A stretch of DNA of 62,899 bases, counting the filler, from Chiloscyllium plagiosum (taxonomy: Eukaryota), in assembly GCF_004010195.1 (NCBI RefSeq). It is 4 parts of one record of this genome, joined end to end, with 100 filler letters (N's around TTAATTAATTAA, not from the genome) between each part and the next. Parts side by side here need not be neighbours in the genome. Positions count along the whole stretch, not along the records: positions 1 to 22,961 come from NC_057716.1; 3 more parts are not named here. One strand, written 5' to 3'. The position numbers were made by a program, and so were the translations under genes. Positions 1 through 12,895 of this stretch are shown in pieces (positions within the stretch are counted from its first letter, which is position 1; every line of letters begins with the position of its first letter). The notes under the pieces were generated by a model that worked only from the letters and a program-made list of their open reading frames with translations, did not search any database and was not told where the DNA came from.

Positions 1-280
1 CCAATCAGCTTTCGAAAGTTCTTGCCTAATACCATCAGAATTGGCCTTTCTCCAATTTAGAACTTCAACTTTCCATCACTATTTTAAAACGAATAGAATT
101 ATGGTCGCTGGCCTCAAAGTGCTCCTCCACTGGCACCTCAGTCACCTGCCCTGCCTTATTTCCCAAGAGTAGGTCAAGTTTTGCACCTTCTCTAGTAGGT
201 ACATCCACATACTGAATCAGAAAATTGTCTTGTACACACTTAAGAAATTCCTCTCCATCTAAACCTTTAACACTATGGCA
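1..280 (-). mobile_element. CR1-clade LINE fragment (end of the AP-endonuclease domain)
   Basis: Minus strand reads ASDHNSIRF (APE SDH motif); closely similar to 13840-14130 of the long CR1 copy. Confidence 0.8.
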
Positions 281-3200
281 TTAAACTAATGTTTCAATTT
301 AAGAAACAAAATGTAGGAATGTGAGGGTCATGTGACCAGTTCTGAATTCTGATAATAGCACACCTGGGTGGTTCAAGTTCAAAGATTAAAGAAAGGTCTA
401 GCAAAGTTCCAGTAAAAAGTATTAAGAATGTCAAGTTTCGTACATTATTGTACTTTCTTTCGAACACAGTTTCTTTCTATTCTTTTAAAGTAAATACTAT
501 ACAAGTTAGACAACTCCTAATAATAGACACGTGACAAAAAAAATCAAAGGGGAAAGAGAAACCTATCAAAATTAAATATCTTTATCAGGGATTATCATGC
601 AGCCCAGCCCCTGGTGGTACCTGCTGGCTCCTAAAAGCCTCTTTTATGCTGGCAAACTCTGCATGTTTTCTCTCAGTGGACACCCAGGTGTGGACGTAAC
701 AGCCAGCTAGGAGCCCCCCCATAATGTGTTGCCTGGACCTTTAGATGGCTGCCTTGACCTGGCGTGGAAGGAGGCCAGTGAAAAGATCCTCGATCTGCGC
801 AGGCTATCTGTAGATTAGGAGGGTAAGGCTGATGTGCTACCAAAAATTCAAAAAACCTTAATCAGGCTATGCAAGCAATTGCATTTCAAGTAAGCATGAA
901 AAATAGTTTCCTGCAGGCCACCAAAATAGAAATATGGCCTGGCACCCTGTGAAACTACTTGAATGTTTATTGCACAAGACTGTGTTTGCGTGCAACACTG
1001 TACGCCCCAGATCTCCAATGGAAAGAGGGGTGACTCTGTTATAGAGGGGATTGGACATGCCTGTCATCAGATGGTACAACTTCATTTTTTTTGTAAATTA
1101 AAGAATAATTAGTCAACATTTCTTCCTGGAATCAAAGCCCATGTGATTCACATTGTCTTTTGAAAAGTCAATCTCCATGGAATTGGTGCATAGCAAGCCA
1201 TTGTAGGATTGGACTTAAAGTTCTCTTGTAAGATAGCCCTGAAGCTTAGTCAACTTAATCTTCCAGGATCTAAGAGAAGAGCAGCTAATTGGTAAGTCTG
1301 CATTGTTGACAAAGCAAAATGCAGGTGAAAGCTCAGACTCTGATTGAAAAGGCTCAAGTAGTGAATATTAATGTCAAAATTTGAAGATTCATTGGATTAA
1401 GTGAGAGAAAGAGCTCCTGAAAAATGGGTGTTGTGAAAGACCTTTCTGGGGTTAAAAATAACCAGGCTGAGAGAAAAAAAGCAGAGCTAAGGATATCTTT
1501 GGATTGGTTCAGACTTGAATTTCTACTTAAGTGTACATTATAACTATGGAGTAGGACTTTGGCTAAAATTAAAATGGGAAAGTTCAATTTTGTAATTTAA
1601 AGTAAATGTTGCTTATTGCACTAGTGTTCAGTTGGTCAAAGTGAGTCAGAAGATGAGATGCTGTTTTGGGAAGCTAAGGAGGAAGTGGTGCATTTTGTAC
1701 AGCAACTTCTGGATTTAAATCAATGACATATCTGCCTTATTTGATATTACTGTGATTTGAAAAAATATTGTTGAATGCAATTAACATTGCTGATATTTTG
1801 ATAATAAGTTCTGACCCATTAAGTTCAGTGACAGGATGTTGAAAGTTGTTAGTTGACCTTTTGAGTATTTAATTTTTTTTGATAAACTGATTTGATTGTG
1901 CTGTATAATATTGTTCATACTGATACACTAAAATTAATTGCATTATAAAGCAAGTTTTGCATTTGTGTTGTCAGATCACTTGATTATTATAATGTTCTTT
2001 TATATTTTGTTTGTCAACCAAGTAAATTTTTGCATATGTGTTCTAGCAGTTGAGATCACAGTCGGTGTACACTGGTTATGATTGTACTGTTTGCTTAAAT
2101 TAAAATCGTTCTGCAACAGTTTGTCATTTGAGCTTTGCTAATGTAACTTGTTGTTCTACCTGAATTTCTAAATTTCTCTTTTAATCCATCTGGAATGAGC
2201 TATGTGGAGAATTTAATAGACACTGGTTTACAGTACTGTGTCAACTCTCTTGTTTCATTACAGAATGGTTAATTGTACTGGCTGCAGAGAAATCTGTAAC
2301 TGAATGTGTTCCGATTTATTAATTAACATGCTAGTCATGTTGACAACAGCACAATCCAAAAGGAAGTTTGAAACTCTTTATGTGGTTATAAACCTTTTGA
2401 TGCATCTTTTTTAAAGTTTCTAGAACTTGGTATGAGATGAGAAGTTCTGAAACGTCTGTTTGCTGTGCACATTCTATCCCAACACCCACAAGAGATTTGT
2501 AGACTTTAGATATTCCCTTCTCTTTCTATTATATTGAAGTTTTAATTTCTTATGTGGAAGCTAGGAACTGCTGAAATAATGTAGTCAGTAATGCTTTTCC
2601 AGATTCACAATTTTACTTTTTCCTGTTTTATTTAATAGACCTTTAACCTTTGGAAACTTTACTTTGTTGTCATATTAGCCATTTTAGTTCTGTGCTGTCT
2701 TCTCTTGATCATGTTTTTAAAAATTGTACTCTGTTTTTCTTTAGATAGTTTACCCAGACATTGTGGTATGTTCAAAGCTCAACCTTACTTCTATTTAAAC
2801 ATTGGCTCGTGACTCTCTATTTTGTGTCTCAATCTGAATTTGTTGTTATTTAGCTATTGGTGATCAGAATAGGTTTCTGTTAGATTATTGATTTAATTCA
2901 GGCTCAGTCTGACTAGTAAATCTAAGGTGGTTGTCTTTCTTTTTAATTAAAGAACTATTGTTCCAGAATACTACCTCATAGCACTGTCAAATTCACTGTC
3001 TTTGGTTCTTTCCCTCCGGACTGTAGAAAATTGAAAGTCTCCCGTAAAAGTAGATCAGCTTATCTCTACACAGATGCAGCCTACTATCTAGAGATCTATA
3101 AAGCTTTCCTCACTGCTCTTCAATCTTGCCCATTGTGCTTTTAATGACTGATCATTCTTACTGATATTTCCTCTTTCTAATATTATAGTGTCCCTTCTCA

Positions 3201-3479
3201 GTAGATTTACTATTATTTTGTAATTTCCCTGATCGTTCGAAAGACCTTAATATCTAAAATGTTTATTTCCTGCTTAAGTTCAACTTGGAGATGGGTATCT
3301 ATTTTGGCCACTTCGCTCATTTAGCTCAACTTTTATTTCAAATTTTAATTTCATATGGTATTCTGGTATTAATGTAAAGAGCTTTAGAATTGGGCAGTAG
3401 GCCTATATCTTGCCATTGAGGTGTGAGGTTTCAAAATACATTTTGCATTATCATGCTCCGTATTTTGTTAGCATGTATT

Positions 3480-3900
3480 TTCTTTTTGGGATGTTGATGG
3501 CAACATTATTGCCCATTCTTAATAGCTCCTGAGGAGGTCATGATGGTGGTGAGCTGCCACCTTGAACTGCTTGAACACCCACAGCGTTGTTAGGGAGGTT
3601 ATTTCAGGATTTTGGAGGAATGGTGATGTGTCAAGTCAGGATAGTGTGTAATTTGGAAGGAGATTTGCAGATGGGTGCATACTCGTGTTGATTGTCCTTG
3701 GTTCCTCTAGGTTGCAGAGGTCATGAGTTTGGAAAGTGCTGTTTGAAAAGCTTTGGAGAATTGCTGCATTACATCTTGCATAGCTATGCACTACTGCCAC
3801 TGTGCATCAGTGGCAGAGATAATTTGATTTGTAAGGTGATTGATGGCATGGTTTTAAGCTTTGAGTATTGTTGGAGCCATACTTATCTAGGCAGGTAGAG
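3480..3900 (-). mobile_element. Old LINE 3' end (CR1/L2-type)
   Basis: Starts with catttattgcccat-type tail motif; homologous to 28640-29150. Confidence 0.6.
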
Positions 3901-4237
3901 TGTCATGGAGTCATTACCATCCAGATGGAGGCTGTTGAGTCAGTGTTGGCTCTCTATGGAGCAATCTCGTCAATCTTATTATCCCATTTCAATCCTCAAT
4001 CCCTGCAAGATTATTTTCCTGAAATGCTCATCTAATTTCATTTAGAAATAATTTTTCATCTTCACTTCTAACACCTCCTTGGTAATGTGTTTTTTTTTCA
4101 TGCATTCCATAGAAAGGTCAGCTTAGAACTCTTTGCATCTCTTGCCTGAAACCTTAATTGGTATCTCCTCGTCCTTGTACCATAAATTGGAACAACTTTC
4201 CTTGTCAATTTTATCTCAACCTGTCATAATTGTTTCT

Positions 4238-4365
4238 TGGAGGTGCCAGTGTTGGGCTGGGGTGGACAAAGTTAAAAATCTCACAACACCAGGTTATAGT
4301 CCCACAGGTTTGTTTGGAAACACTAGCTTTCGAAACACTGCTTCTTCCTCGGGTGGTTGTATGAT
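4238..4365 (-). mobile_element. Penelope-like terminal-repeat fragment with a decayed hammerhead core
   Basis: acaccaggttatagtcccacaggtttgtttggaaacactagctttcg family, also at 23388-23468 and 34926-35045. Confidence 0.6.
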
Positions 4366-4758
4366 TTTTTTTTTAACTTTGTCATAATTGTGTATACTTC
4401 TACTGACTCTCCCCTCAGTCTTTCTCCACGAGGACAACCCCAGCTTTTCCAAACTCTCATATTTTGCTAAAATCCTTCATCCCTGAAACCAATATAGTAA
4501 ATCTCCATAATAATTGAGAGGTTTACCAGTTGGTATAAGGAATGAGGGATTGAATACAAATTTATTTTCCTGAAATGCCGAGTCTCTGAAGATTGAGTGT
4601 GGTAATAGAACTGACCAGATTGATTCATAGAGAGCCAACCAACTCAATAGCCTGGCTGTCTTCAAAGATCAACACACATGAAATCTCAAGTTCCTCTGTT
4701 CATGCACCTTCTTAAACAATGTGAAAGTTTGCCTGTATTGTCTTTCCTTTCTGCCAAA

Positions 4759-5035
4759 TGCATAGAGTCATAGAGATGTACAGCATGGAAACAGGCCCTT
4801 TGGTTCAACCCGTCCATGCTGACCAGATATCCCAATCCAATCTAGCCCCACCTGCCAGCACCCAGCCCATATCCCTCCAAACCCTTCCTATTCATGTACC
4901 CATCCAGATATCTTTTAAATGTTGCAATTATACCAGCCTCCACCACTTCCTCTGGCAACTCATTCCATACACATACCACCCTTTGCGTGAAAAGGTTGCT
5001 CCTTAGGTCTCTTTTATATATTTCCCCTCTCACCT
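4759..5035 (-). mobile_element. CR1 LINE 3' end
   Basis: ORF 4842-5033 (NLFTQRVVCVWNELP...FKRYLDGYM) is the CR1 ORF2 C-terminus; ctctatgactctatg-type tail. Confidence 0.88.
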
Positions 5036-5989
5036 CTCACTTCCATTTGCCACTTTTCTAGCCATTCTAGTCTGTCCAGCAGTCAATTGCTTTTATCCTC
5101 ACTTAATCACACTTTCAACTTTGATATCAATGGTTAAATTTTGAAATTTTCGTTTTATTCCATTATCCATATAATTGAAATAGGATTACCGAGGTGCTCA
5201 GATGAACAGACATGCCAAGAATCTACAGCATGCTGAGACAGCAACATCTAGGCTGTACTTCAGCATAGCCCTGGCGTTCAAGGACACATATCTTTAAAAT
5301 CTCAGTCACTGGAATAAGTGAAAGATATTTGGAAAACAGTAATAACGTGACTTTGGAAAAGATTTGTAGCTCAGGTTGTGGATGAGGTTATACGTTTGCT
5401 GGTAGATTTATTTTCAGACATGGGTGCAAAATGTCTGAAAACAAAACCTATCAGCTCAGTGAGCAAACGTACAACCTAACAGTAATAATATTGATGTGCT
5501 CTATTTAACTAATAAGGGGAAGGTAGGTTTCGGTGAGAGTGAGTGAACGAGGAGATCAGTAAGCAGATGGTGGGAAGTACAGTTAAGTTGTGAGTACAAA
5601 GAGGAATTTTGGACCAGGTAGGTTCAAATAACCCTCCAGTAGGTTTTTAATTACAGATCAAGAATAGTAATTCACCAATATTTAAGGTTTTTCTTTGCAG
5701 AGTAGTTTTCATTTAACATGCATAGGAGTACATTGAGAGTGCTAAACGAAGAATAGCTGTAACTTGGAATTTTAATTAAAATGAGCTTGGGTACTGCTGC
5801 AGTAAGGGATGTTGGTGGATTTACATCACTTATCTAGTCACAAGTGAGATCTATGTTCACCCTAAACGTTAGTTTTGCAATGCAAAAGCACCTTGTATCT
5901 ATCACTTGCTATTGACCAATTTAAAAACTTTTCTGATGGAAGTCTTTTCTAGTATGTCAATCTAAATTTTTGTCAAGTCTCTTTCAAGC

Positions 5990-7550
5990 AGTAAAGGGTC
6001 TGAAAAGAAGTAGCTAGCAAGATCATTCATGCATTCATTTTTAATTTTCCAAAACTCAATAGATTTAGGGAACGTTCCTTTAGATTGGAGAATAGCTAAT
6101 GTAGCTTCTATACTCCAAAAAGAAGACAGAAAGCAGAAAACTACAGGCAATGTTTGAAACTATTATCAACCACATTATAATAAGGTACTTCGTTAAGTTC
6201 AAAGTATTTGGGCAGAGTCAGCATGGTTATGTCAAAAGGAAGTCCTGTTTCATTTTATTGGAGTTCTTTGAAGAAGTAAGTTTATGCTGTAGATAAAGGG
6301 CAGCCAGTGGATGCATTGGACTTGTATTTTCAGAAGATGCTACATCACAGGTTATTGCAGAAAATAAAAGCTGATATTGTAGAGGGTAACGTATTGCTAT
6401 GTTTAGGATATTTCCTGATAAACAAGAAGTAGAGAATTGGAATAAATGGGTCATTTTCAGACTGGCAGGTTGTCCTGAAAGGTGTACCACAGAGGTTGAT
6501 GCTGGAACTTTATATGCTGATCATACCAAGATAAGTAGAAAAGTGTTCTGAAGAGGACACAAGAAGTTTACAAAAGGATAAGAGTAAGTCATTGGGCAAA
6601 GTTCTGGAAAATGGAGTGTAATGTGTGAAATTGTCCATTTTGGCAGGAAAAATTTTTTAAAAAAGCATCATCTAAAACTTTAGAAATTTCAGAGCTCGAG
6701 GTGCAGAGAGATCTGGGTGTCCTTGTGTATGATTTGCAGGTTAGTATACAGGTGCAGCAAGTGACCAGAAAAGCTAACAGCATTTTTTTTATTGTGAGGA
6801 GAATTGACTGCAAGATTAGGGAGTTTGTGCTTTAGTCATACAGTTCATTGCTGAGACTATATCTGTAGTACTATGTACGGTACTGATGACCACACTTACG
6901 GAAAAATGTTAATGGATTGGAAGCAATCAGAGAAGGTTTATTAGATGAATACCTGGAGTGAGCAGTTGCCTTATGAGGAAATGCTAGATAGGCTTGGTAT
7001 GTATTCCCTGGAGTTTAGAAAAGTCAGAGGTGACTTAATTGAGGAGATTTGATGGGGTGGCTATGGAAAGGATATTTTCTCTTTGTACGAGAATCTAGAA
7101 CTGGGGCCATAGTGTAAAAGTAAAGGGCACCTATTTAACATTGATGAAGGGGGAAGATAATTTCTGAGTGTCAAGAGTGTTTGGAATGCCCTTTCTCAGT
7201 ATTCCCTGGAGTTTAGAAAAGTCAGAGGTGACTTAATTGAGGAGATTTGATGGAGTGGCTATGGAAAGGATATTTTCTCTTTGTACGAGAATCTAGAACT
7301 GGGGTCATAGTGTAAAAGTAAAGGGCACCTATTTAACATTGATGAAGGGGGAAGATAATTTCTGAGTGTCGAGAGTCTTTGGAATGCCCTTTCTCAGAAG
7401 AGAGTAGATGCAAAATTTTGATTACCAAGGCGATGAGAGATTATCAGGCATGTGCAAGAATGTAAAGTTCGATCTGATCAGCTATGATATTTTTGAATGG
7501 TAGAGTGGGTACGAAGATCTGAGTGACCTATTCTTGTTCATGTGTTTTTT
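5990..7550 (+). mobile_element. Degenerate CR1 LINE, RT to 3' end
   Basis: Remnant motifs DWRIANV, QHG..KRKSC, GVPQ and CR1 C-terminal motifs, with many stops. Confidence 0.8.
7001..7396 (+). repeat. Tandem duplication, 2 x 198 bp, inside the CR1 remnant
   Basis: gtattccctggagtttag... starts at both 7001 and 7199; about 4 substitutions seen between the units. Confidence 0.95.
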
Positions 7551-7665
7551 ATTTTTGTTAGTGTCAATGTTTTGTTTTGCTAAAGTTGTTGGCTAACTGC
7601 TTGGGTAGAGTTCCATGGATATAAATTACCATATGGTGCCTTACTCAAATGGCCAATACAGGTAT

Positions 7666-7790
7666 TCATAGAGCCATAGAGATGTACAGCACAGAAACAG
7701 ACCCTTCGGTTCAACTCGTCCATGCCAACCAGATATCCTAAATTAATCTAGTCCCATTTGCCAGCACTTGGCCCATATCCTGTAAACCTC
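7666..7790 (-). mobile_element. CR1 LINE 3' tail fragment
   Basis: Same tail as 4759-4880 and 11440-11560. Confidence 0.8.
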
Positions 7791-8502
7791 TAATGTTAGA
7801 GTTATTGTTAGAAATATGAGCTTTTTAGAAATGAGCGTCTGCCTTATTTAATTTCCTTGGTTGTTTTCAATCCACATGAGCGATATAAATCACTCGATCA
7901 ATCCATTTATCTTTCTCTTTTGAGAACTTGCACAGAAGAATGTTCAAACAGCCTTGTAAGGAAAGTTGATGCTGTGGAAATATTGAGAGGCTCCAAAGAC
8001 TTAAGGAGATTTGAAAGTGTGAGAGAGACAAAAAGATTAGTGAAGGAAAGTCAATAGACAGTGGAAGGACGAATACCGAATGGTGTGGTTGAATGTGCGT
8101 ATTATCTCAGCTTTCTCCACTGGTTTATGCCAGAGTTCAACACTCAAGCCTTATGGGAATTGGAACCTAAGCTAGTTTTTTTTTGATTCCTTAAACTAGG
8201 ATCATAGAATTTGATTTGCAACACCTCTCTTGCCCCACTCCAGCTGAGATTAGCTAACTCTACACAGTTGGGTGATCAATTTATCTGAGTGGCTCAGTTA
8301 ATCACTGGCTAAGCTTTCAAAGCTGTTCAGGCAATTCCACTTTTTAAAAAATTTGTTTTATTATGTATGAATACCACAACGCAATGCTTAGCATTGAATG
8401 TTTAGGCTTTCATTTAGCCTGATTAACTTAGACTCTTCCTGCACCCCTCCAAATGCACAGATGTCCTGGATATGTTCTGAAGGAAAGTCAGGCTTGTACA
8501 GC

Positions 8503-8614
8503 CCTCTTGTGGCATAGTGGTAGTGTCCCTGCTCCTGGACCAGAGAGGCCTGGGTGCAAATCCCACCTGTTTCAGAGGTGTGTATTAACATCTCTGAACA
8601 GGTTGATTAGAAAA
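8503..8614 (+). mobile_element. tRNA-derived SINE head
   Basis: A-box TGGCATAGTGG and B-box-like GGTGCAAATCC at tRNA-like spacing. Confidence 0.55.
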
Positions 8615-8689
8615 GTAACCTGCTGCAATCTCTGTCCCTTGGAGCCAACAGAGAGGGTGAAAAAAGGTAGGTCTCATACTTGAAGACTG

Positions 8690-9110
8690 CCTCTCACAAA
8701 TGTGGATGTCTTCCAAGCAATTCACAATCAATGAAATACTTTGAATGTGTTGTTGTTGTTATAATGTAGGTAGTAAAGCAGTTTATTTGCAAATGGCACG
8801 CTCCCACAAACAATGTGATAATTACCAGATAATCTCTTTTTTTAATGTTCAATAAGGGTTAGATATCAGAATGCTGGTGATAATTCCTCAATTCCTCTTT
8901 AATCATTTGCCATGGTGTCTCTTGTATCCTGAGTGACTAGGCGAGGTTGTTGATTTAGCATCTCCTCTGAAAACTAGGTCTTCCAACAGTGCAGCACTCC
9001 TTTAATACTGCACTGTAATTTCAACCTGAATCTTTGGGCTTAAATCTCGGTCATGCTTTGAACGCGCTGCCTTCTGACTGGGGTGCAATAATAATATCAA
9101 CTGCATCACA
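8690..9110 (-). mobile_element. Ancient Deu-domain SINE (SacSINE1/AmnSINE1 superfamily)
   Basis: Contains ttagcatctcctctgaaaac...ccaacagtgcagcactcctttaatactgcactg...ttgaac...ccttctgact, which I recognise as the decayed reverse complement of the Deu-SINE core and head. Confidence 0.65.
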
Positions 9111-9193
9111 TTTAGTATAACAGTTGAAATGTCGTTTCCTTGTAATTTTAGTTTTTGATAGGGTTTATTCTCTTTCTATTTCAGTTACTTGGG

Positions 9194-9365
9194 ATGGCAG
9201 CAGAAGAAAAGATCCCATCGGCTCTGGGCCTTGGGAATGAACAGTCTCACTCTCCGACAAGCCCATCTCACCTCACCCATTTTAAGCCACTGACTCCAGA
9301 TCAAGATGAACCTCCCTTCAGATCAGCCTATAGTTCTTTTGTAAGCCTTTTTCGTTTTAACAAAG
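9194..9365 (+). CDS. PIKFYVE: PIKfyve (1-phosphatidylinositol 3-phosphate 5-kinase), first coding exon; exon spans 9185-9365 including 9 nt of 5'UTR
   Basis: Translates MAAEEKIPSALGLGNEQSHSPTSPSHLTHFKPLTPDQDEPPFRSAYSSFVSLFRFNK, nearly identical to the vertebrate PIKfyve N-terminus as I recall it (SPTSPSHLTHFKPLTPDQDEPPFKSAYSSFVNLFRFNK). Pyrimidine tract + CAG acceptor ends at 9184; AAG|GTGAGA donor at 9366; 172 coding nt, phase 1. Confidence 0.96.
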
Positions 9366-9639
9366 GTGAGAAACATACACTTGCTGTTTTTTCTGATGAG
9401 CATACTGAAGTGCTGAATGAAAATGTACAGAAAACAATGACATGAGGCTGATTCTAAGCTTTTGCCAATAATTGCAGTATCTTTCTTCTTTGCAATGATT
9501 TATGCTTCCACTGTATGAACTTAAGGTATAATTCTGAAATAGATACTTTTAAAAATAGAGTTGAGGTCAGGTGGATACTTTCTTACCCGTCAATACATGG
9601 GAGAAAATATATAAACAAACTATCATTATTATTATTTCA

Positions 9640-9855
9640 GTCAAAAAACAGAAATTGCTGGAGAAACTCAGAAGATCTGATAGCATCTATAGAGAGAAAG
9701 CAGGCTTCATGTTTCGGGTCCAGTGACCCTCTTCAGTTCTAAAGTTCAAAGCATTAACTCTGCTTTCTGTCTATAGAAGCTGCCATATCTGCTGAGTTTT
9801 TTCCTGGGATTTCTGTTTGTGTTTCAGATTTCCAGTATTCACAGTTCTTTGTTTT
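9640..9855. mobile_element. Fold-back Penelope-like terminal repeat with a hammerhead core on the - strand (9707-9736)
   Basis: Imperfect inverted arms; minus strand reads CTGAAGA-GGGTC-ACTG-GACCC-GAAA-CATG. Confidence 0.6.
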
Positions 9856-10229
9856 TTTTTCCATTTACTACAATGGTATATTCCTGGCAATAGCCAATAG
9901 TTCTTCTATGGCTTAGCCATCAGGAGCCATTGGTGAGGACAGTGGAAAAGATGTTCTGGTCACATTGACAAGTTAAGTTTCTGATGAGATTTAGTAAGGT
10001 ACATTCTGGAGGATGATGAAAGAAATCTACTGGTCAGCGAAGGAACAGAACCCTTGTCTGGGAAACATCGATGGGCAGCAATTCAATTTGAACATGACTT
10101 CTCTGGTGAATTGAACCAGGGTTTTGTGACAAGTTTTTCTTAGGTAGTGCACCAGGAAGTGAACACTAAACCATATCTTCCTAAAACCTCCAGAATTGTT
10201 TTCAATGTACAAAAAAGTAATCACAGGTC

Positions 10230-10445
10230 TGAATAAAAGCAAAATACTGTAGATACTGGAAATCTGAAACAAAGAGAGAATGCTGAAGAAACTCAGCAGA
10301 TCTGGCATCATTTGTGATGAGAGAAACAGAGTTAAAAGTTTGCATCTGATACGACTCTCATTCAGCTCTGAAGAAGAATCATGCCTGATTTGAAATGTTA
10401 ACTGTTCCTTTCTCCACAAGGGCTGCCATATCTGCTGAATTACAG
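10230..10445. mobile_element. Fold-back Penelope-like terminal repeat with a decayed hammerhead core (+, 10368-10400)
   Basis: CTGAAGA-AGAATC-ATGCCT-GATTT-GAAA-TGTTA between imperfect inverted arms. Confidence 0.55.
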
Positions 10446-10619
10446 GCATGTGGTATTTTCAAGTCTTCGGCTTGGGGAAGAGGAAGTGTGACAAAGAACT
10501 CTTAAACTTTTGGGACTAAATTCTTCCTATTTACGTAATTACAAACCTTTCTTGGGCATGTGTTTGTCAGTATGCATGAATATATGGACATTTAGTATGG
10601 CGTCTGCTGGAGTACTATG

Positions 10620-11152
10620 TCCAAGTCCTCTGTCATCCTGTTTATAGGAGGGGTATTATTAAGCTGGAGAGGTGTTAGAAGAGATTTACAAGGGAATGGA
10701 AAGTTTTGGTTATAAGGAGAGGCAGAATAGGCTGAGACCTTTTTTCACTGGACTCTCTGAGGTTAAGAGGTGACCTTATATAGGTTTATAAAATCACGAG
10801 GGGTATAGATAAGGTGAATGGGATGCGTCTTTTCTCTAAGGTGGGTGATTTCAAGAGTTGGGGACGTATTTTTAAGGTAAGAGGAGTAAGCTTTAAAAAA
10901 AAATGACCTGAGGGGCAACTTTCTTTGCACAAAGGATAATTCATGTGTGGAATGAGCTTCTAGAGGAAATGGTGGATGCAGTTACAGTTACAAAGTTTAA
11001 AAGATATTTGGAGAATTACATGGATAAGAAATGTTTGGAAGAATACGGGCCAAGCACAGGCAGGTGGGACTAATTTAGTTCTGGATTATAGTCGGCGTGG
11101 ACTGGTTGGACTGAAAGGTCTGTTTCTGTGCTGTATGACTCTACAACTCTAT
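10620..11152 (+). mobile_element. CR1 LINE 3' end
   Basis: LRGDLI.VYKI.RG.D and R..HVWNEL motifs; tail ctgtatgactcta. Confidence 0.85.
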
Positions 11153-12096
11153 AATGTGTGAGTGGCAAGGTTGCATTTACACTTTGGTGCTTAATAATAA
11201 ATACTTATTATGCTTTTAAAACTACTGAGAAATTCTATGGTTACACATGTTTTCTTGTTCAAACACACTTTCTTCTGTCAGTTAAGAGATAGGAAAGTGG
11301 TGGGTAAGAATGTTCCTGTTATTTCATCCTTGTCCAGATGTAACTCCAGTATGGCACAGTTATATTTTATTACATTTTGTTCAAGGTTAAGCACTTACAT
11401 GACTTAGTAACATTACCAGTACAGAACAGGGATTATATGACATAGAGTCATAGAGATGTACACCACAGAACCAGACCCTTCGGTCCAACTTGTCCCTGAT
11501 GACCAGATATCTCAACCTAATCAATCCCATTTGCCAGCACTTGGCCCATATCCCTCTAAACTCTTCCCATTCGTATACCCATCCAGATGCCTTTTAAATG
11601 TTGTAATTATACTAGCCTCCACCACTTCCTCTGGCAATTCATTCCATACATGGACCACTCTCTGTGTGAAAAAGTTGTCCCTTGAGTCTCTTTTTTTTGC
11701 CTTTCCCCTCTCACCCTAAACCTATACCCTCTAGCTCTGGACCACCCAGAGAAAAGATTTTGTCTATTTACCCTTTCTGTGCCCCCTCATCTCTATGACT
11801 CATGATTTTATAAACCTGTATAAGGTCACCCCTCAGCCTCTGACACTCTGGGAAAATAGCCCCAGCCTATTCAACCTCTCCCTATAGCTCAAACTCTCCA
11901 ACCCTGGCAACATCTTTGTAAATCTTTTCTGAACCCTTTCAAGTTTCACAACATCCTTTCGATAGGAAGGAGACCAGAAATGCACAGGATATTCCAAAAG
12001 TGGCTGAACCAATGTCCTGTACAGCCGCAACATGACCTCCCAACTCCTATAGTAAATACTCTGACCAATAAAGGAAAGCATACCAACTGCCTTCTT

Positions 12097-12355
12097 CACT
12101 ATCCTATCTACCTGCGACTCTACTTTCAAGGAACTATGAACCTGCACTCCAAAGTCTCTTTGTTCAGCAGCACTCCCTAGGACCGTATCATTAAGTGTAT
12201 AAGTCCTGCTCCTAAAATGCAGCACCACTATCCTATCTACCTGCGACTCTACTTTCAAGGAACTATGAACCTGCACTCCAAAGTCTCTTTGTTCAGCAGC
12301 ACTCCCTAGGACCTTTATCATTAAGTGTATAAGTCCTGCTCCTAAAATGCAGCAC
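12097..12355 (+). repeat. Tandem duplication (129/130 bp) inside CR1
   Basis: cactatcctatctacctgcgactc... at 12097 and 12226; CAC microhomology at the junction. Confidence 0.93.
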
Positions 12356-12755
12356 CTCATATTTATCTGAATTAAACTCTGTCTGCCACTTCTCAGCCCA
12401 TTGGCCCATCTGATCAAGATCCCGTTATAATCTGAGGTAACCTTCTTCGCTGTCCACTACACCACCAATTTTGGTATCGTCAGCAAACTTACTGACTATA
12501 CCTCATATGCTTACATCCAAATCATTTATATAAATGACGAAAAGTAGTGGACCCAGCACCGATCTGTGTGGCACTCCACTGGTCACAGGCCTCCAGTCTG
12601 AAAAACAACCCTCCACCACCACCCTCTGTCTTCTACCTTTGAGCCAGTTCTGTATCCAATGGCAAGTTCTCCCTGTATTTCATGAGATCGAACCTTGCTC
12701 ACCAGTCTCCCATGGGGAACCTTGTCGCACTCCTTACCGAAGTTCGTATAGATCA

Positions 12756-12895
12756 CTGGAAGAGCACAGCAGTTCAGGCAGCATCCAAGGAGACGTCGAT
12801 TTAGAAGCTCCTTGGATGCTGCCTGAACTGCTGTGCTCTTCCAGCACCACTAATCCAGAATCTGGTTTCCAGCATCTGCAGTCATTGTTTTTACC
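12756..12895 (+). mobile_element. Short fold-back Penelope-like insertion with a 13-bp TSD
   Basis: TSD TTCGTATAGATCA at 12743-12755 and 12896-12908; perfect 37-bp inverted arms at 12756-12792 and 12808-12844. Confidence 0.85.

Noticed and set aside
1410..1700. Possible Gypsy/Gmr1 gag remnant (KTFLG motif)
   Set aside because: Too degenerate; no LTR, PBS or pol evidence.
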